Assembly (NCBI GenBank): GCA_964420145.1
Contig: CAYQRB010000001.1
Location: 1-60,008 of the forward strand
DNA length: 60,008 nt
From: an uncultured Candidatus Saccharibacteria bacterium
Lineage (GTDB): Bacteria > Patescibacteriota > Dojkabacteria > B142 > OLB20
Reading direction: 5' to 3'
Positions within the stretch are counted from its first letter, which is position 1, and each line of letters starts with the position of its first letter. The translations under genes and the position numbers were made by a program. A model generated the notes under the pieces. That model was not told the DNA's origin and searched no databases. It saw nothing but the letters and a program-made list of their open reading frames with translations. Below are positions 7,944-18,162 of this stretch, piece by piece.

Positions 7944-10522
7944 TGTATTTCGAATTTATCTAAACTATATATCACCATAGTATCCCCACTTTTGATTCTT
8001 TTTTCTATAATCAACTGTGCTATCAAATCTTCTACCTTATCTGTTACCATTCTTCTGAGTTCTCTAGCACCATATAGATTGTTATATCCCAACTCTACTA
8101 AATCACTTAGTAGCTGTGGGCTATACTCAAGTTTAATCCCTTTCTCTGCAATTTTCTCTACGATAGATCTCACCATTAAGTTAGCAATTTCTTCTACTTC
8201 TATTTTAAGCAAAGGCTTAAACATAATCAACTTATCAAAACGGTTTAAAAACTCAATCCTTAAATATTGTCGCAAAGTTGGCATAATCGTCTCTACTACT
8301 TCACTATATCGTCTGCCTTGAGAAACCAAATCGGCTATCTCGTTGGAAGCGATATTGGAAGTAGCGATAATAATAGTATTAGTAAAGATCACCTCTCTAC
8401 CCATACCATCTTTAATCTTTCCCTCATCTAAAACCTGCAAGAATAAATCTAACACCCTTGGATTAGCTTTTTCGATTTCATCAAGAAGTATAAGTGAATA
8501 TGGTTTCGCACGCACTGCTTCAGTAAGGTATCCTCCACTAAACTCTCCGTTTTCTTGTATCCCTATTAACCTACCTAAGTTTAGATCCTCGTGATATTCT
8601 GACATATCAAGACGGATCATTTTATCTTCAGCTCCAAAATAGAACTCTGCGACAGTTTTTGCTAGCTCAGTTTTGCCAACCCCAGTTGGACCAAAAAACA
8701 AAAAACTTGCAACTGGACGGTTTTTACTCGTCAGACCCGCACGAGAACGACGAAGAGCAGAAGCAACTGCGTCTACTGCCTGATCTTGACCTACCACTCG
8801 CTTATGTAATTCCTCCTCTAATCTCATCAAGAAGTCCGACTCCGTTGCCCCGATTGCTCCGATCTCAACCCCTACTTTGCTTGCAACCAATCTATCTACC
8901 ACATCTTTGTCTACCAAAGATTTGCCTTCAGCCAATGTTTTAGAGATTGCTTCTTCGAGTAGATCTATTGCCTTGTCAGGCAAAACTCTTTCAAAAGCAA
9001 ACTTATGAGACAACTCCACCGCCCTATCCGCAGCTTCAAAAGCGATCTTAACTTTATAAGTTTTCTCTAATGTAGGGATAAAGTCAAACAAAATTTGTAG
9101 TGCTATTTCGTCAGTAGGGATTTCCATTGTCATCTTATTAAATAACGAGTCAAGAGCTTTGAACGGCTTGATATGCCTGGTGTATCCCTCGACTGAGCTT
9201 GTAGCAACTATTCTGATCTTATGAATATCCATTGCGTCAGTAAGTAAATTTACTACCTCAGCACTTAACTCTTTTTTAACATTAACCAATTGATCTAAAT
9301 CATCTATTACTAAAATTATATTTTTCGCTCTTGCAACCTCTTGGATTATACTCTCTACTTCTGTTTTAAATTGCTGTTCGTTTTTAGCCAGAGCATAGGC
9401 TCTATTAAAGTCAAACCCTACTAATCGCATATCTTGTATAATTTTAGGGACATCTTCAACTACCATTTTTATTCCGAGATTTTTTATAAATGTGGTTTTT
9501 CCAACTCCTGGCTGACCCAAAACAAGAGATGCACTCGTTTCTCCAGAAGTAACCATCTCAATAAGCCTTTGTAATTCCGCTTCTCTAGCATAAGAAAGTT
9601 CAAAATCTCCTTTGACGATTTCTGCCGTAAAATCACGAGAGTATTTCACCAAACTCGGAGAAAACACAGAGGTATATGCACGGTTCACGGTAGAGGTTGG
9701 CTTTAGCACACTCTTTTTTTGGATAATATCTAAATACCTGCTTCGTTTACTCAGATTTTGTGCCCACAAAAGCATTGCCTTCACTTCGTTTTCCCCAACC
9801 TCAATCTCTAGCAATAATTGTTTTAGATCGGTTAAACATAAATAAATAAATACCGCTAATTCATCAATTCTATTGAAATTATTATCTATTGCAAGAATAA
9901 AGCTACCTTTCAAGGTTTCTACAAGCATATCCTCTATACTACCCGATTCAACAGTACCCATCTTACTAGCAATATTCTCCAGCCCCTTTTCATCTATCCC
10001 CAACCTAGAAGATGCCATCTTCACAACGGACATAGTGGATAACCCCAATAGTAGATCCTTGCCATAAGACACCTGTTTCTTATTAGCAAGTATTTCATCT
10101 ATTATATTTATTAAATCAATATCAAGATATTGTGTTATTTCTATAGGAGAAAGTATCTTACCAGCATCAACATCACTTTTTAGCTTACCGAGATCTTTAC
10201 TACTAAATCTATCGAGAAATACACTACGATCACGAGTCAGATAAACCCCATAGGTAAAAATACCTACCCCCAAATATATAAATAGCCTTGGTAGGTCATC
10301 AACTTTAGTTATCTGAGAAATGATAAACTCTTGATGAAAATAAGCTTCGTATAAAGTTACCAAAGAAAATAACAATACTGTTGAAAAGACCAAAACCCAA
10401 CCTATAAGTTTTTCTAGTTTCTCTAGTTTTTTACGAATTCCGAACTCCCGCCCAAGATATCCTAGATCTACTTTTAGTGTCATCTTTTCATATTTTCCTT
10501 GAGACATCTTTGTACCCTCCAT
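7940..10522 (-). CDS. membrane-anchored Clp/Hsp100-family double AAA+ ATPase (ClpB/ClpC-like)
   Basis: Two N-terminal TM helices. Clp_N-like repeat (LLLGLSTMSVVKMASSRLGIDEKGLENI). D1 has Walker A GQPGVGKTT and Walker B VIDDLDQL. D2 has FFGPTGVGKTELAK and LILLDEIEKANPRV, plus the C-terminal LRIEFLNRFDKLIMFKPL signature. Confidence 0.85.
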   Translation of the reverse strand: MEGTKMSQGKYEKMTLKVDLGYLGREFGIRKKLEKLEKLIGWVLVFSTVLLFSLVTLYEAYFHQEFIISQITKVDDLPRLFIYLGVGIFTYGVYLTRDRSVFLDRFSSKDLGKLKSDVDAGKILSPIEITQYLDIDLINIIDEILANKKQVSYGKDLLLGLSTMSVVKMASSRLGIDEKGLENIASKMGTVESGSIEDMLVETLKGSFILAIDNNFNRIDELAVFIYLCLTDLKQLLLEIEVGENEVKAMLLWAQNLSKRSRYLDIIQKKSVLKPTSTVNRAYTSVFSPSLVKYSRDFTAEIVKGDFELSYAREAELQRLIEMVTSGETSASLVLGQPGVGKTTFIKNLGIKMVVEDVPKIIQDMRLVGFDFNRAYALAKNEQQFKTEVESIIQEVARAKNIILVIDDLDQLVNVKKELSAEVVNLLTDAMDIHKIRIVATSSVEGYTRHIKPFKALDSLFNKMTMEIPTDEIALQILFDFIPTLEKTYKVKIAFEAADRAVELSHKFAFERVLPDKAIDLLEEAISKTLAEGKSLVDKDVVDRLVASKVGVEIGAIGATESDFLMRLEEELHKRVVGQDQAVDAVASALRRSRAGLTSKNRPVASFLFFGPTGVGKTELAKTVAEFYFGAEDKMIRLDMSEYHEDLNLGRLIGIQENGEFSGGYLTEAVRAKPYSLILLDEIEKANPRVLDLFLQVLDEGKIKDGMGREVIFTNTIIIATSNIASNEIADLVSQGRRYSEVVETIMPTLRQYLRIEFLNRFDKLIMFKPLLKIEVEEIANLMVRSIVEKIAEKGIKLEYSPQLLSDLVELGYNNLYGARELRRMVTDKVEDLIAQLIIEKRIKSGDTMVIYSLDKFEIQ

Positions 10523-10531
10523 AAACTTACT

Positions 10532-10867
10532 TTAGATATTAGACATATAAGATATAACTCCATACAATGGCATTATTGGCAACATCAAGTAAACTCCGAT
10601 GATTCCTATAAAAAGAAATAGTAATATAGCTCCCACAAAAGTGCCAAATAATACCCAGGTCAATCTGATTGGAAATGCTATTAGTCTTCCCATTCTACTA
10701 TAATCCTGATACAACGGCTGAAAAAGATTTTTCAACATTGGACCTATATTGAGAATATTTAGGATAAAGATCCAAGTCTCTAAGACCTTACCAACCATAG
10801 CCTTAGCCTGAACAAAATACCACCAAATAAAATAATTTATGAAATAACGATTAAGTAGATTTATCAT
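10532..10867 (-). CDS. small polytopic membrane protein (111 aa), first gene of the Clp-pilin operon
   Basis: Three hydrophobic segments. There is a 9-nt gap to the Clp start, and it lies directly downstream of a predicted promoter. Confidence 0.5.
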   Translation of the reverse strand: MINLLNRYFINYFIWWYFVQAKAMVGKVLETWIFILNILNIGPMLKNLFQPLYQDYSRMGRLIAFPIRLTWVLFGTFVGAILLFLFIGIIGVYLMLPIMPLYGVISYMSNI

Positions 10868-10887
10868 AGATTTAAGAAGTTTCTTTT

Positions 10888-10916
10888 ATTATAAAGGAAA
10901 AAAGAGGGAAATGTAA
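10888..10916 (-). promoter_or_regulatory. sigma70-like promoter (TTACAT-17 nt-TATAAT) for the 111-aa/Clp/pilin operon
   Basis: On the minus strand, TTACAT (10916-10911), a 17-nt spacer, then TATAAT (10893-10888). The -10 element ends ~20 nt upstream of the ATG at 10867. Confidence 0.5.
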
Positions 10917-10930
10917 GAAAAGGGATATAC

Positions 10931-10970
10931 AAGAAAAATCCCCCGATATTACGAATAATATCGAGGGATT
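10931..10970 (-). terminator. rho-independent terminator of groES-groEL
   Basis: Minus strand AATCCCTCGATATT-ATTCGT-AATATCGGGGGATT (14-bp stem with one G-U pair) followed by TTTTTCTTGT. It begins 20 nt after the groEL stop. Confidence 0.75.
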
Positions 10971-10990
10971 AAAGACTTTGGTATGAGAGA

Positions 10991-12616
<1,626 letters not shown>

Positions 12617-12631
12617 TTAGTAATAAATAAA

Positions 12632-12925
12632 TTAAGGAAGAATTGCTAAAATAGCATCTTCATCCATTATTAAATAATCTTCTCCATCAACTTCAACTTC
12701 ATCAGGAGAGTATTTTTTAAATAAAATGACATCACCAACTTTCACATTGAAAGCGAGCTTTTTCCCGTCATCGGTAAGCTTTCCAGTACCAACTGCAATC
12801 ACTTCACCTTTCTGTGGTTTTTCACGATCTACTGTATCTGGCAATACTATGCCTGATACTGATTTTTCTGTAACTGGTTTGACCAGGATATTCCCTCCTA
12901 GAGGTTTAAGGTTAACTTTAGCCAT
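12632..12925 (-). CDS. groS: co-chaperonin GroES (Cpn10)
   Basis: 97 aa. LKPLGGNILVKP...GIVLPD...GEVIAVG...GDVILFKKY is the classic GroES pattern, and it lies immediately upstream of groEL. Confidence 0.97.
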   Translation of the reverse strand: MAKVNLKPLGGNILVKPVTEKSVSGIVLPDTVDREKPQKGEVIAVGTGKLTDDGKKLAFNVKVGDVILFKKYSPDEVEVDGEDYLIMDEDAILAILP

Positions 12926-12968
12926 AGGTATTCTACTTTAATAAATAAATTAGAAAAAACGAGAGTAT

Positions 12969-12995
12969 TTAGCACTCTAACCGTCTTTGTGATAG
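12969..12995. promoter_or_regulatory. CIRCE-like inverted repeat (one perfect arm, one degenerate)
   Basis: TTAGCACTC-N9-TTGTGATAG versus the consensus TTAGCACTC-N9-GAGTGCTAA. It lies 44-70 nt upstream of the groES ATG, just downstream of a putative promoter. Confidence 0.45.
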
Positions 12996-13002
12996 AGTTG
13001 AA

Positions 13003-13032
13003 ATTCTATGCTATATGTTAGCTTCTTGTCAA
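13003..13032 (-). promoter_or_regulatory. sigma70-like promoter of groES-groEL (TTGACA-18 nt-TAGAAT)
   Basis: Minus strand TTGACA (13032-13027) and TAGAAT (13008-13003). The CIRCE-like element follows within ~10 nt. Confidence 0.45.
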
Positions 13033-13064
13033 GAGGGACTGTACCAAAAGGCACATCAGTCAAG

Positions 13065-14969
13065 CTATTTAAATCTTATTCTGTTAAGGTCGTTTGGAAT
13101 TTTTCTCCAACTTTCAGGAATAAAGCTAGGCTGGTAAAATATTGTTACCTTATCAATCTGTTCAAGGTTTTCAAGATATTCCTTAGCTTCCAATAGACTT
13201 TTTCCAGCAATATTGGATTTTAATTCTTCAAATTTAAGACTTTCATTGACTTCCCCTTGTGCGTATAGATCAAATGATACTTTACTACCATTGACCTTTA
13301 TATTTTTAATACTAAAATCACCTATTTCCACCTCTGCTTCAGTAGTAGCACCTTTACTTTTTTTAATAATAAACTCAGCCAAAGACTTTATATCCGATTC
13401 TCGTAACTTTGTAGCTGTAACTTTCATCCTAAGATCTATAGAAAAACTCTCAGCCTCTTCCCCAGTAGGTACACTTTGAGTAAAACTTACTTCTTCATAT
13501 CGTTCACTCCCTTCCAAAAGTTTCTCTCCTTTTCCTAGCTCTTTCTGAAGGTTGGTATTTAAAGTTCCTTTGATAGCAGTCTCTAGTGCCATCCTTGCTT
13601 TTTGTACATCTTCCGCAGTAACTATGACAATATCCTCAGTTGTACCACCAGCAATATCTCTATGACCATACCCTATAAGTTGCTCAGTAGTAAAACCCCC
13701 AAACTTAAATGTTCTACTTCTAGGATCTTTTATATTATATTTTTCGCCAAATTCTTTTGCTTTTATAGGGACATCTCGTTGATACTGATCTACGGGTATT
13801 GCAACATTTTCAGTCAACTCATATTGCAAATTGGTAGAAATATCTACCAAAACCTGTCCCGCTGATAGATTAACTGCTGATTCTGTACTTTTATTGCGAA
13901 TATCTATAACTCCTCGTGCAAACTCACCTGTTTGTTTTTTTCCTGTAGGAGTACCGTCTCCTGATGAAGACTCTTCAATACTCACTTCATATCCTGGAAT
14001 TATAAGATTATTACCATCTATATCTTTCGCTGATGTTGAGACTGTAATAGTCTCGTTTATACTCCCTTCCGATTGATTAAAGGTTACAGCAATATCTACC
14101 TTCGACAGATTCCAATAACTATACGCAAACACTCCTCCTGAAATAAATAAGGTTATTAAAAATATTATTCCCAAAATAGCTAATATCTTTTTTAATTTTT
14201 TCTTTCCTTTTTTAGGACCAGTATTTTGAAGTCGTCTATCAATCACATTTGAAGAGCCTTCTTCTCCTCCTTGATCACTAGTATCTACAACGGTTCTTTT
14301 CTCCGATTTTATATAGGATTTTTCTGCATTTTCTAAAGGTTCTTTCTTTTCCATACCTCTTGGGATATCTTCTACTATCAATTCATTTATATCTCCTCCT
14401 GAAGCAATTACTATTCCTTCTATTTCAACCATTTTGGGTTTTAACCTTGGTTTTTCTCCAAAGATATCAGGTAGTGGAGTAGGATCAATCTCCTCTCTAT
14501 CTTCTAGCTCTATTTGATTTTCCTCGCTATTTTGATTTTCATCTAATACCACCTCCTCCTGTTGAGTCGTTTCCAAATCCTTTTCTATATCCTCTTTACT
14601 TACTTTTTCAGGTATCCTAGAAGCCAGAAGCTCGTTTTTAATCCCTGTTTTATGTTCCTGGAGTTCTTTTTTTATAGATAATGCTTCTTCCCAAGCAAAT
14701 TTATCAACCATACTGATTTTATCTTTTACAACAAGGTTAGCTTTTGAAGCAAGCTTTTTGCCTGTGGGGTTATCTGTAACCATAACCATAAGCTTACTAG
14801 AATCCAGAAGCTGTCTAGACAGTAACTTTAGGCTAATAACACTACTCACTACACTACTACTTGCCGGAATAACTAAAATCACCCTTGAAGTAGGGGCTCT
14901 CAATATCTTCTCTACTACGAAGATAATTTCATCATCAGGTTCAACAAAGATTTTTTCGATTGTTTGCAT
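13065..14969 (-). CDS. bitopic hypothetical protein (634 aa) translationally coupled to the FtsA-like gene
   Basis: ~265-aa acidic cytoplasmic part, one TM helix (ILAILGIIFLITLFISGGVFAY), and a ~345-aa extracytoplasmic part. The start overlaps the FtsA-like stop (TAATG at 14967-14971). Confidence 0.55.
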   Translation of the reverse strand: MQTIEKIFVEPDDEIIFVVEKILRAPTSRVILVIPASSSVVSSVISLKLLSRQLLDSSKLMVMVTDNPTGKKLASKANLVVKDKISMVDKFAWEEALSIKKELQEHKTGIKNELLASRIPEKVSKEDIEKDLETTQQEEVVLDENQNSEENQIELEDREEIDPTPLPDIFGEKPRLKPKMVEIEGIVIASGGDINELIVEDIPRGMEKKEPLENAEKSYIKSEKRTVVDTSDQGGEEGSSNVIDRRLQNTGPKKGKKKLKKILAILGIIFLITLFISGGVFAYSYWNLSKVDIAVTFNQSEGSINETITVSTSAKDIDGNNLIIPGYEVSIEESSSGDGTPTGKKQTGEFARGVIDIRNKSTESAVNLSAGQVLVDISTNLQYELTENVAIPVDQYQRDVPIKAKEFGEKYNIKDPRSRTFKFGGFTTEQLIGYGHRDIAGGTTEDIVIVTAEDVQKARMALETAIKGTLNTNLQKELGKGEKLLEGSERYEEVSFTQSVPTGEEAESFSIDLRMKVTATKLRESDIKSLAEFIIKKSKGATTEAEVEIGDFSIKNIKVNGSKVSFDLYAQGEVNESLKFEELKSNIAGKSLLEAKEYLENLEQIDKVTIFYQPSFIPESWRKIPNDLNRIRFK

Positions 14970-16225
14970 TATTGTTTCTCTAATTCAAAATACATTCTAG
15001 CAAGGGCTAACGGAGCAATATCTTCGGGAGCTTTTATCCCTCCTGTTAGGTCTTCTATATCATCTAACTGCTTTGGATAAAGATGTTGAATTTTAGGATG
15101 TTTAGCAAAAGGGAGGCTTTGTAACCAACCATATTCTTGCATCGCCTCTTTAATTTCTGGAAGTCCCGATCCCCCTCCACACAAATAAAAGACCGGAGGG
15201 TAGTTATCTATGTCTTCGACTTCTGCCAAAGATAACTCTACCCCTTGAGCCCAAACCAACGAATCTTTTACCAATAACCCCCTAAGTGTCCTGGCCTGCG
15301 CTTCTGAAATATCACCATTACTATAATCGATTTTAATTTTTTCGGCATCTTCGAGCTGTATTTTAAGACCACTAGAAATCCTCTTTGTAAAGACCTTTCC
15401 TCCATAGGCAAACATTTTGGTTGCTATAACACTACCTTTATCAACTATTGCAATATCCGTAGTTCCACCACCAATATCTATTATTATTGCAGAAAACTTA
15501 TCATCTTTAGCTCCTCGAACAGCACGAGCAATTGCATAAGGTTCGACCTCAATAGAGAGTATTTCCAATCCCAACTGAGAGGCTATTTCCTTCAGAGAAT
15601 TAACATGTAGTGAAGGTGCAAAAGTTGAAAATACCCGGTAGCTGATATTTTCTCCGGTCATACCAAGTGGATAATCTACTTGTATACCATCTATATAGGT
15701 AGCGTTAATCTTTGTATTAATCTCTTGCAGTCGCTTTGTATCGATCCCGATCTCTTCTGAAATATCTTGTAGTGCCTGTGTAAAGGAATGTTCTTTGACA
15801 CTCGTTAAAACCTCGTCTATTTCTCTTTGCTCAATCTTTGTGTCTGGTTCTTCTCTGGAGTAGTCAGCCATTATGGTTACTCCTTTTACTAGTTCCCCAG
15901 CTATTCCTAATAGAACCTTCTCAGGAGCAGGAGTAACATACTCTATACCTAATTCTTTAGATATAGTTTGATCCGCGCTACTTAATGCATCACCAATTGC
16001 CCGATCACAAGCATTTACAACCTGTTCTATATTGATAATCATTGCACCCTTCATAGCAGAACTGTTTTGTCTACTCCTACCATAACCGACAATTTTAATC
16101 GAAGTAGCACCATCATCCACAGTAAACAATACAGCTTTTACAAACTCAGTCCCCACATCTAGTGCAAGTAACACTTCTATGCTTTGCTTGTTTTTTTTAT
16201 TTAGGAATGGCAGTCTCATTTTCAT
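14969..16225 (-). CDS. ftsA: FtsA-like actin-family ATPase
   Basis: Phosphate-1 LALDVGTEFVKAV, phosphate-2 IIIDIGGGTTDIAIV, adenosine motif YLCGGGSGLPEI. The SHS2-type insertion length is consistent with FtsA/PilM, and FtsA is assumed. Confidence 0.7.
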   Translation of the reverse strand: MKMRLPFLNKKNKQSIEVLLALDVGTEFVKAVLFTVDDGATSIKIVGYGRSRQNSSAMKGAMIINIEQVVNACDRAIGDALSSADQTISKELGIEYVTPAPEKVLLGIAGELVKGVTIMADYSREEPDTKIEQREIDEVLTSVKEHSFTQALQDISEEIGIDTKRLQEINTKINATYIDGIQVDYPLGMTGENISYRVFSTFAPSLHVNSLKEIASQLGLEILSIEVEPYAIARAVRGAKDDKFSAIIIDIGGGTTDIAIVDKGSVIATKMFAYGGKVFTKRISSGLKIQLEDAEKIKIDYSNGDISEAQARTLRGLLVKDSLVWAQGVELSLAEVEDIDNYPPVFYLCGGGSGLPEIKEAMQEYGWLQSLPFAKHPKIQHLYPKQLDDIEDLTGGIKAPEDIAPLALARMYFELEKQ

Positions 16226-16296
16226 AGATTCTAGTTTAGCAGGTTATTAAAATAATTTTAATACCTAGAGAGTTTAATAAACTTTTATATGATATA

Positions 16297-17502
16297 ATGA
16301 ATATATTTTCACAACCTATGATTTCAATTGTTTATATAAAAAAAAACACACACACTTATAGGATTCACAAGGATTATCTACTGAAAAGAAATATGTATTT
16401 TCAGAAACGATTAGAAGATTTTGGTATTGAATCAAGTGGGTTTTTGATAGAAGGACAAGACGGTTTCCAATACACGGGAGATACGATTTTAAAAAAAGAT
16501 ACGAGGGTATTGTTAATTACAGATACCACACTATCAGTAGATGAGTTCCATCAAATCAAGGAGTTCCTAAACCTAGATAAAATCGAAGTACTTGGTTGTG
16601 TTGTCACCAAAAATCAACTGGGTAACAAAACAATCTTACACCCTTGTTTAGATAATCCAGAAAATATTCCAGATTGGTACAAAGAATGCCAAATCGATTT
16701 TTCCGACTTTACAATACCTGGCTATACTTGCTTCTCTTTGGAATCTGTAACCCAAAGTTTTCGAAATTTAAGAACAAAATACCCAAAAGAAACTCTACGA
16801 CTCAAATTTGGCAATGGGACTAGTGGAATCGATCACTATTTAATTAAAACAGAAAAAGACCTGGCCAATATACTAATACTATTAAATAACTTCCCAAAAC
16901 TATCAGAGGTAGGTACAGCTATAGAGCTAAATCTCACACAAATCGAAAGCTATGGTATCACAAAGCTTAAAATACTAGACACCGAACTAACCACTATTGG
17001 AAAACAAGCTACACAAAACAGTGTATATATTGGAAGTGAGTTAGTCACAGTAAGTACATCTAAAGAGAAAGAGTTTATCAAAATATGTAATAAAGCCTTA
17101 AAAAAGATAGAGCCTTATGCAGAACAACTGAACCGATTTAATATAGATATAGTTAGCGGAAAACTTGCTTCTGGAAAAATCATAAAAGGGATTACTGATA
17201 TTTCATTAAAAACAGGCGCCGCAACTGTAATCGAATTGAACAAACTGATTTCAAATACCAATACAGGTGTGTATCAAATATATAGTACCCAACCAATCAA
17301 AATCAGAAATCAAAAACTACTAATAGATTTCCTAAAGGATAATAATTTAGACCTCACAGTTGTAAGTAGATATATTTTAACTATTAGTTATCCTATTGAA
17401 AACAAAAAAATTCTCACTTCTCCCAAATTCAAAAACCTTGAGAACAAAATTAAAAAAATAGATTACAATAAAAATATTCTTTTTTCTCCCGAACAACATT
17501 GA
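16297..17502 (+). CDS. hypothetical protein, possibly ATP-grasp-like
   Basis: Central segment TLRLKFGNGTSGIDHYLIKTEKDL plus a later NIDIVSGK...GITDISLKTG loosely recalls the ATP-grasp fold. The start may instead be Met33 (16393). Confidence 0.4.
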   Translation: MNIFSQPMISIVYIKKNTHTYRIHKDYLLKRNMYFQKRLEDFGIESSGFLIEGQDGFQYTGDTILKKDTRVLLITDTTLSVDEFHQIKEFLNLDKIEVLGCVVTKNQLGNKTILHPCLDNPENIPDWYKECQIDFSDFTIPGYTCFSLESVTQSFRNLRTKYPKETLRLKFGNGTSGIDHYLIKTEKDLANILILLNNFPKLSEVGTAIELNLTQIESYGITKLKILDTELTTIGKQATQNSVYIGSELVTVSTSKEKEFIKICNKALKKIEPYAEQLNRFNIDIVSGKLASGKIIKGITDISLKTGAATVIELNKLISNTNTGVYQIYSTQPIKIRNQKLLIDFLKDNNLDLTVVSRYILTISYPIENKKILTSPKFKNLENKIKKIDYNKNILFSPEQH

Positions 17503-17557
17503 TATATCCATAGTATATATAATATAATACATCATCTTATATATAAATAATTATTCT

Positions 17558-18157
17558 ATGAAAGTCTTTTACACAGCTTCTTCTATGTTTTTTTATAACG
17601 ATAAAAAACTTTACCAAAATGGGGTTAAATATATAAAAGATACTGGGGCAAAAGTATTTGACCACTTAATCTCTGCTCTTGAAGAAACCCATACCAAAGA
17701 TATTTCCGAGGAGTTATTTACTAATGCTGCCAAAATACAATCGACCAATATCAAAAACTCTGATGTTTTAGTCGCTGAAATTACAGATTCATCTGGAGCT
17801 GTTGGTTTTCATATTGCAACTGCACTCTCAGAGAAAAAACCCGTACTTATTTTACGCAAGAAAAAGGATAAAACAGATCGTCTACCTGGTCCTATAATAG
17901 GTAATAAATCGAAACTAATGAGATTTTCTGAGTACTCTAATTCTGAAGAGCGTACCAAAGCTATTAAAGAATTCTTAAGTTGGAGCAAAAAGAAACTAGA
18001 CTCTAAGTTTATTCTTATAATTTCCGCCGAGATTGATAGATACCTAGAATGGGCATCACAAGAAAATCGTGTACATAAAGCACAGATTGTAAGAAATGCT
18101 ATAGAGAAAGTTATGAAAAAAGACCAAGAATACACAAAGTTTTTAGGAGAAGAATAA
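17558..18157 (+). CDS. nucleoside 2-deoxyribosyltransferase-like (SLOG-type) domain fused to a ribbon-helix-helix DNA-binding domain
   Basis: N-terminal MKVFYTAS...SDVLVAEITDSSGAVGFHIATALSEKKPVLIL matches the NDT-like Rossmannoid pattern, with His where the catalytic Glu usually sits. C-terminal FILIISAEIDRYLEWASQENRVHKAQIVRNAIEKVM is CopG/RHH-like. Confidence 0.5.
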   Translation: MKVFYTASSMFFYNDKKLYQNGVKYIKDTGAKVFDHLISALEETHTKDISEELFTNAAKIQSTNIKNSDVLVAEITDSSGAVGFHIATALSEKKPVLILRKKKDKTDRLPGPIIGNKSKLMRFSEYSNSEERTKAIKEFLSWSKKKLDSKFILIISAEIDRYLEWASQENRVHKAQIVRNAIEKVMKKDQEYTKFLGEE

Positions 18158-18162
18158 CCCTC

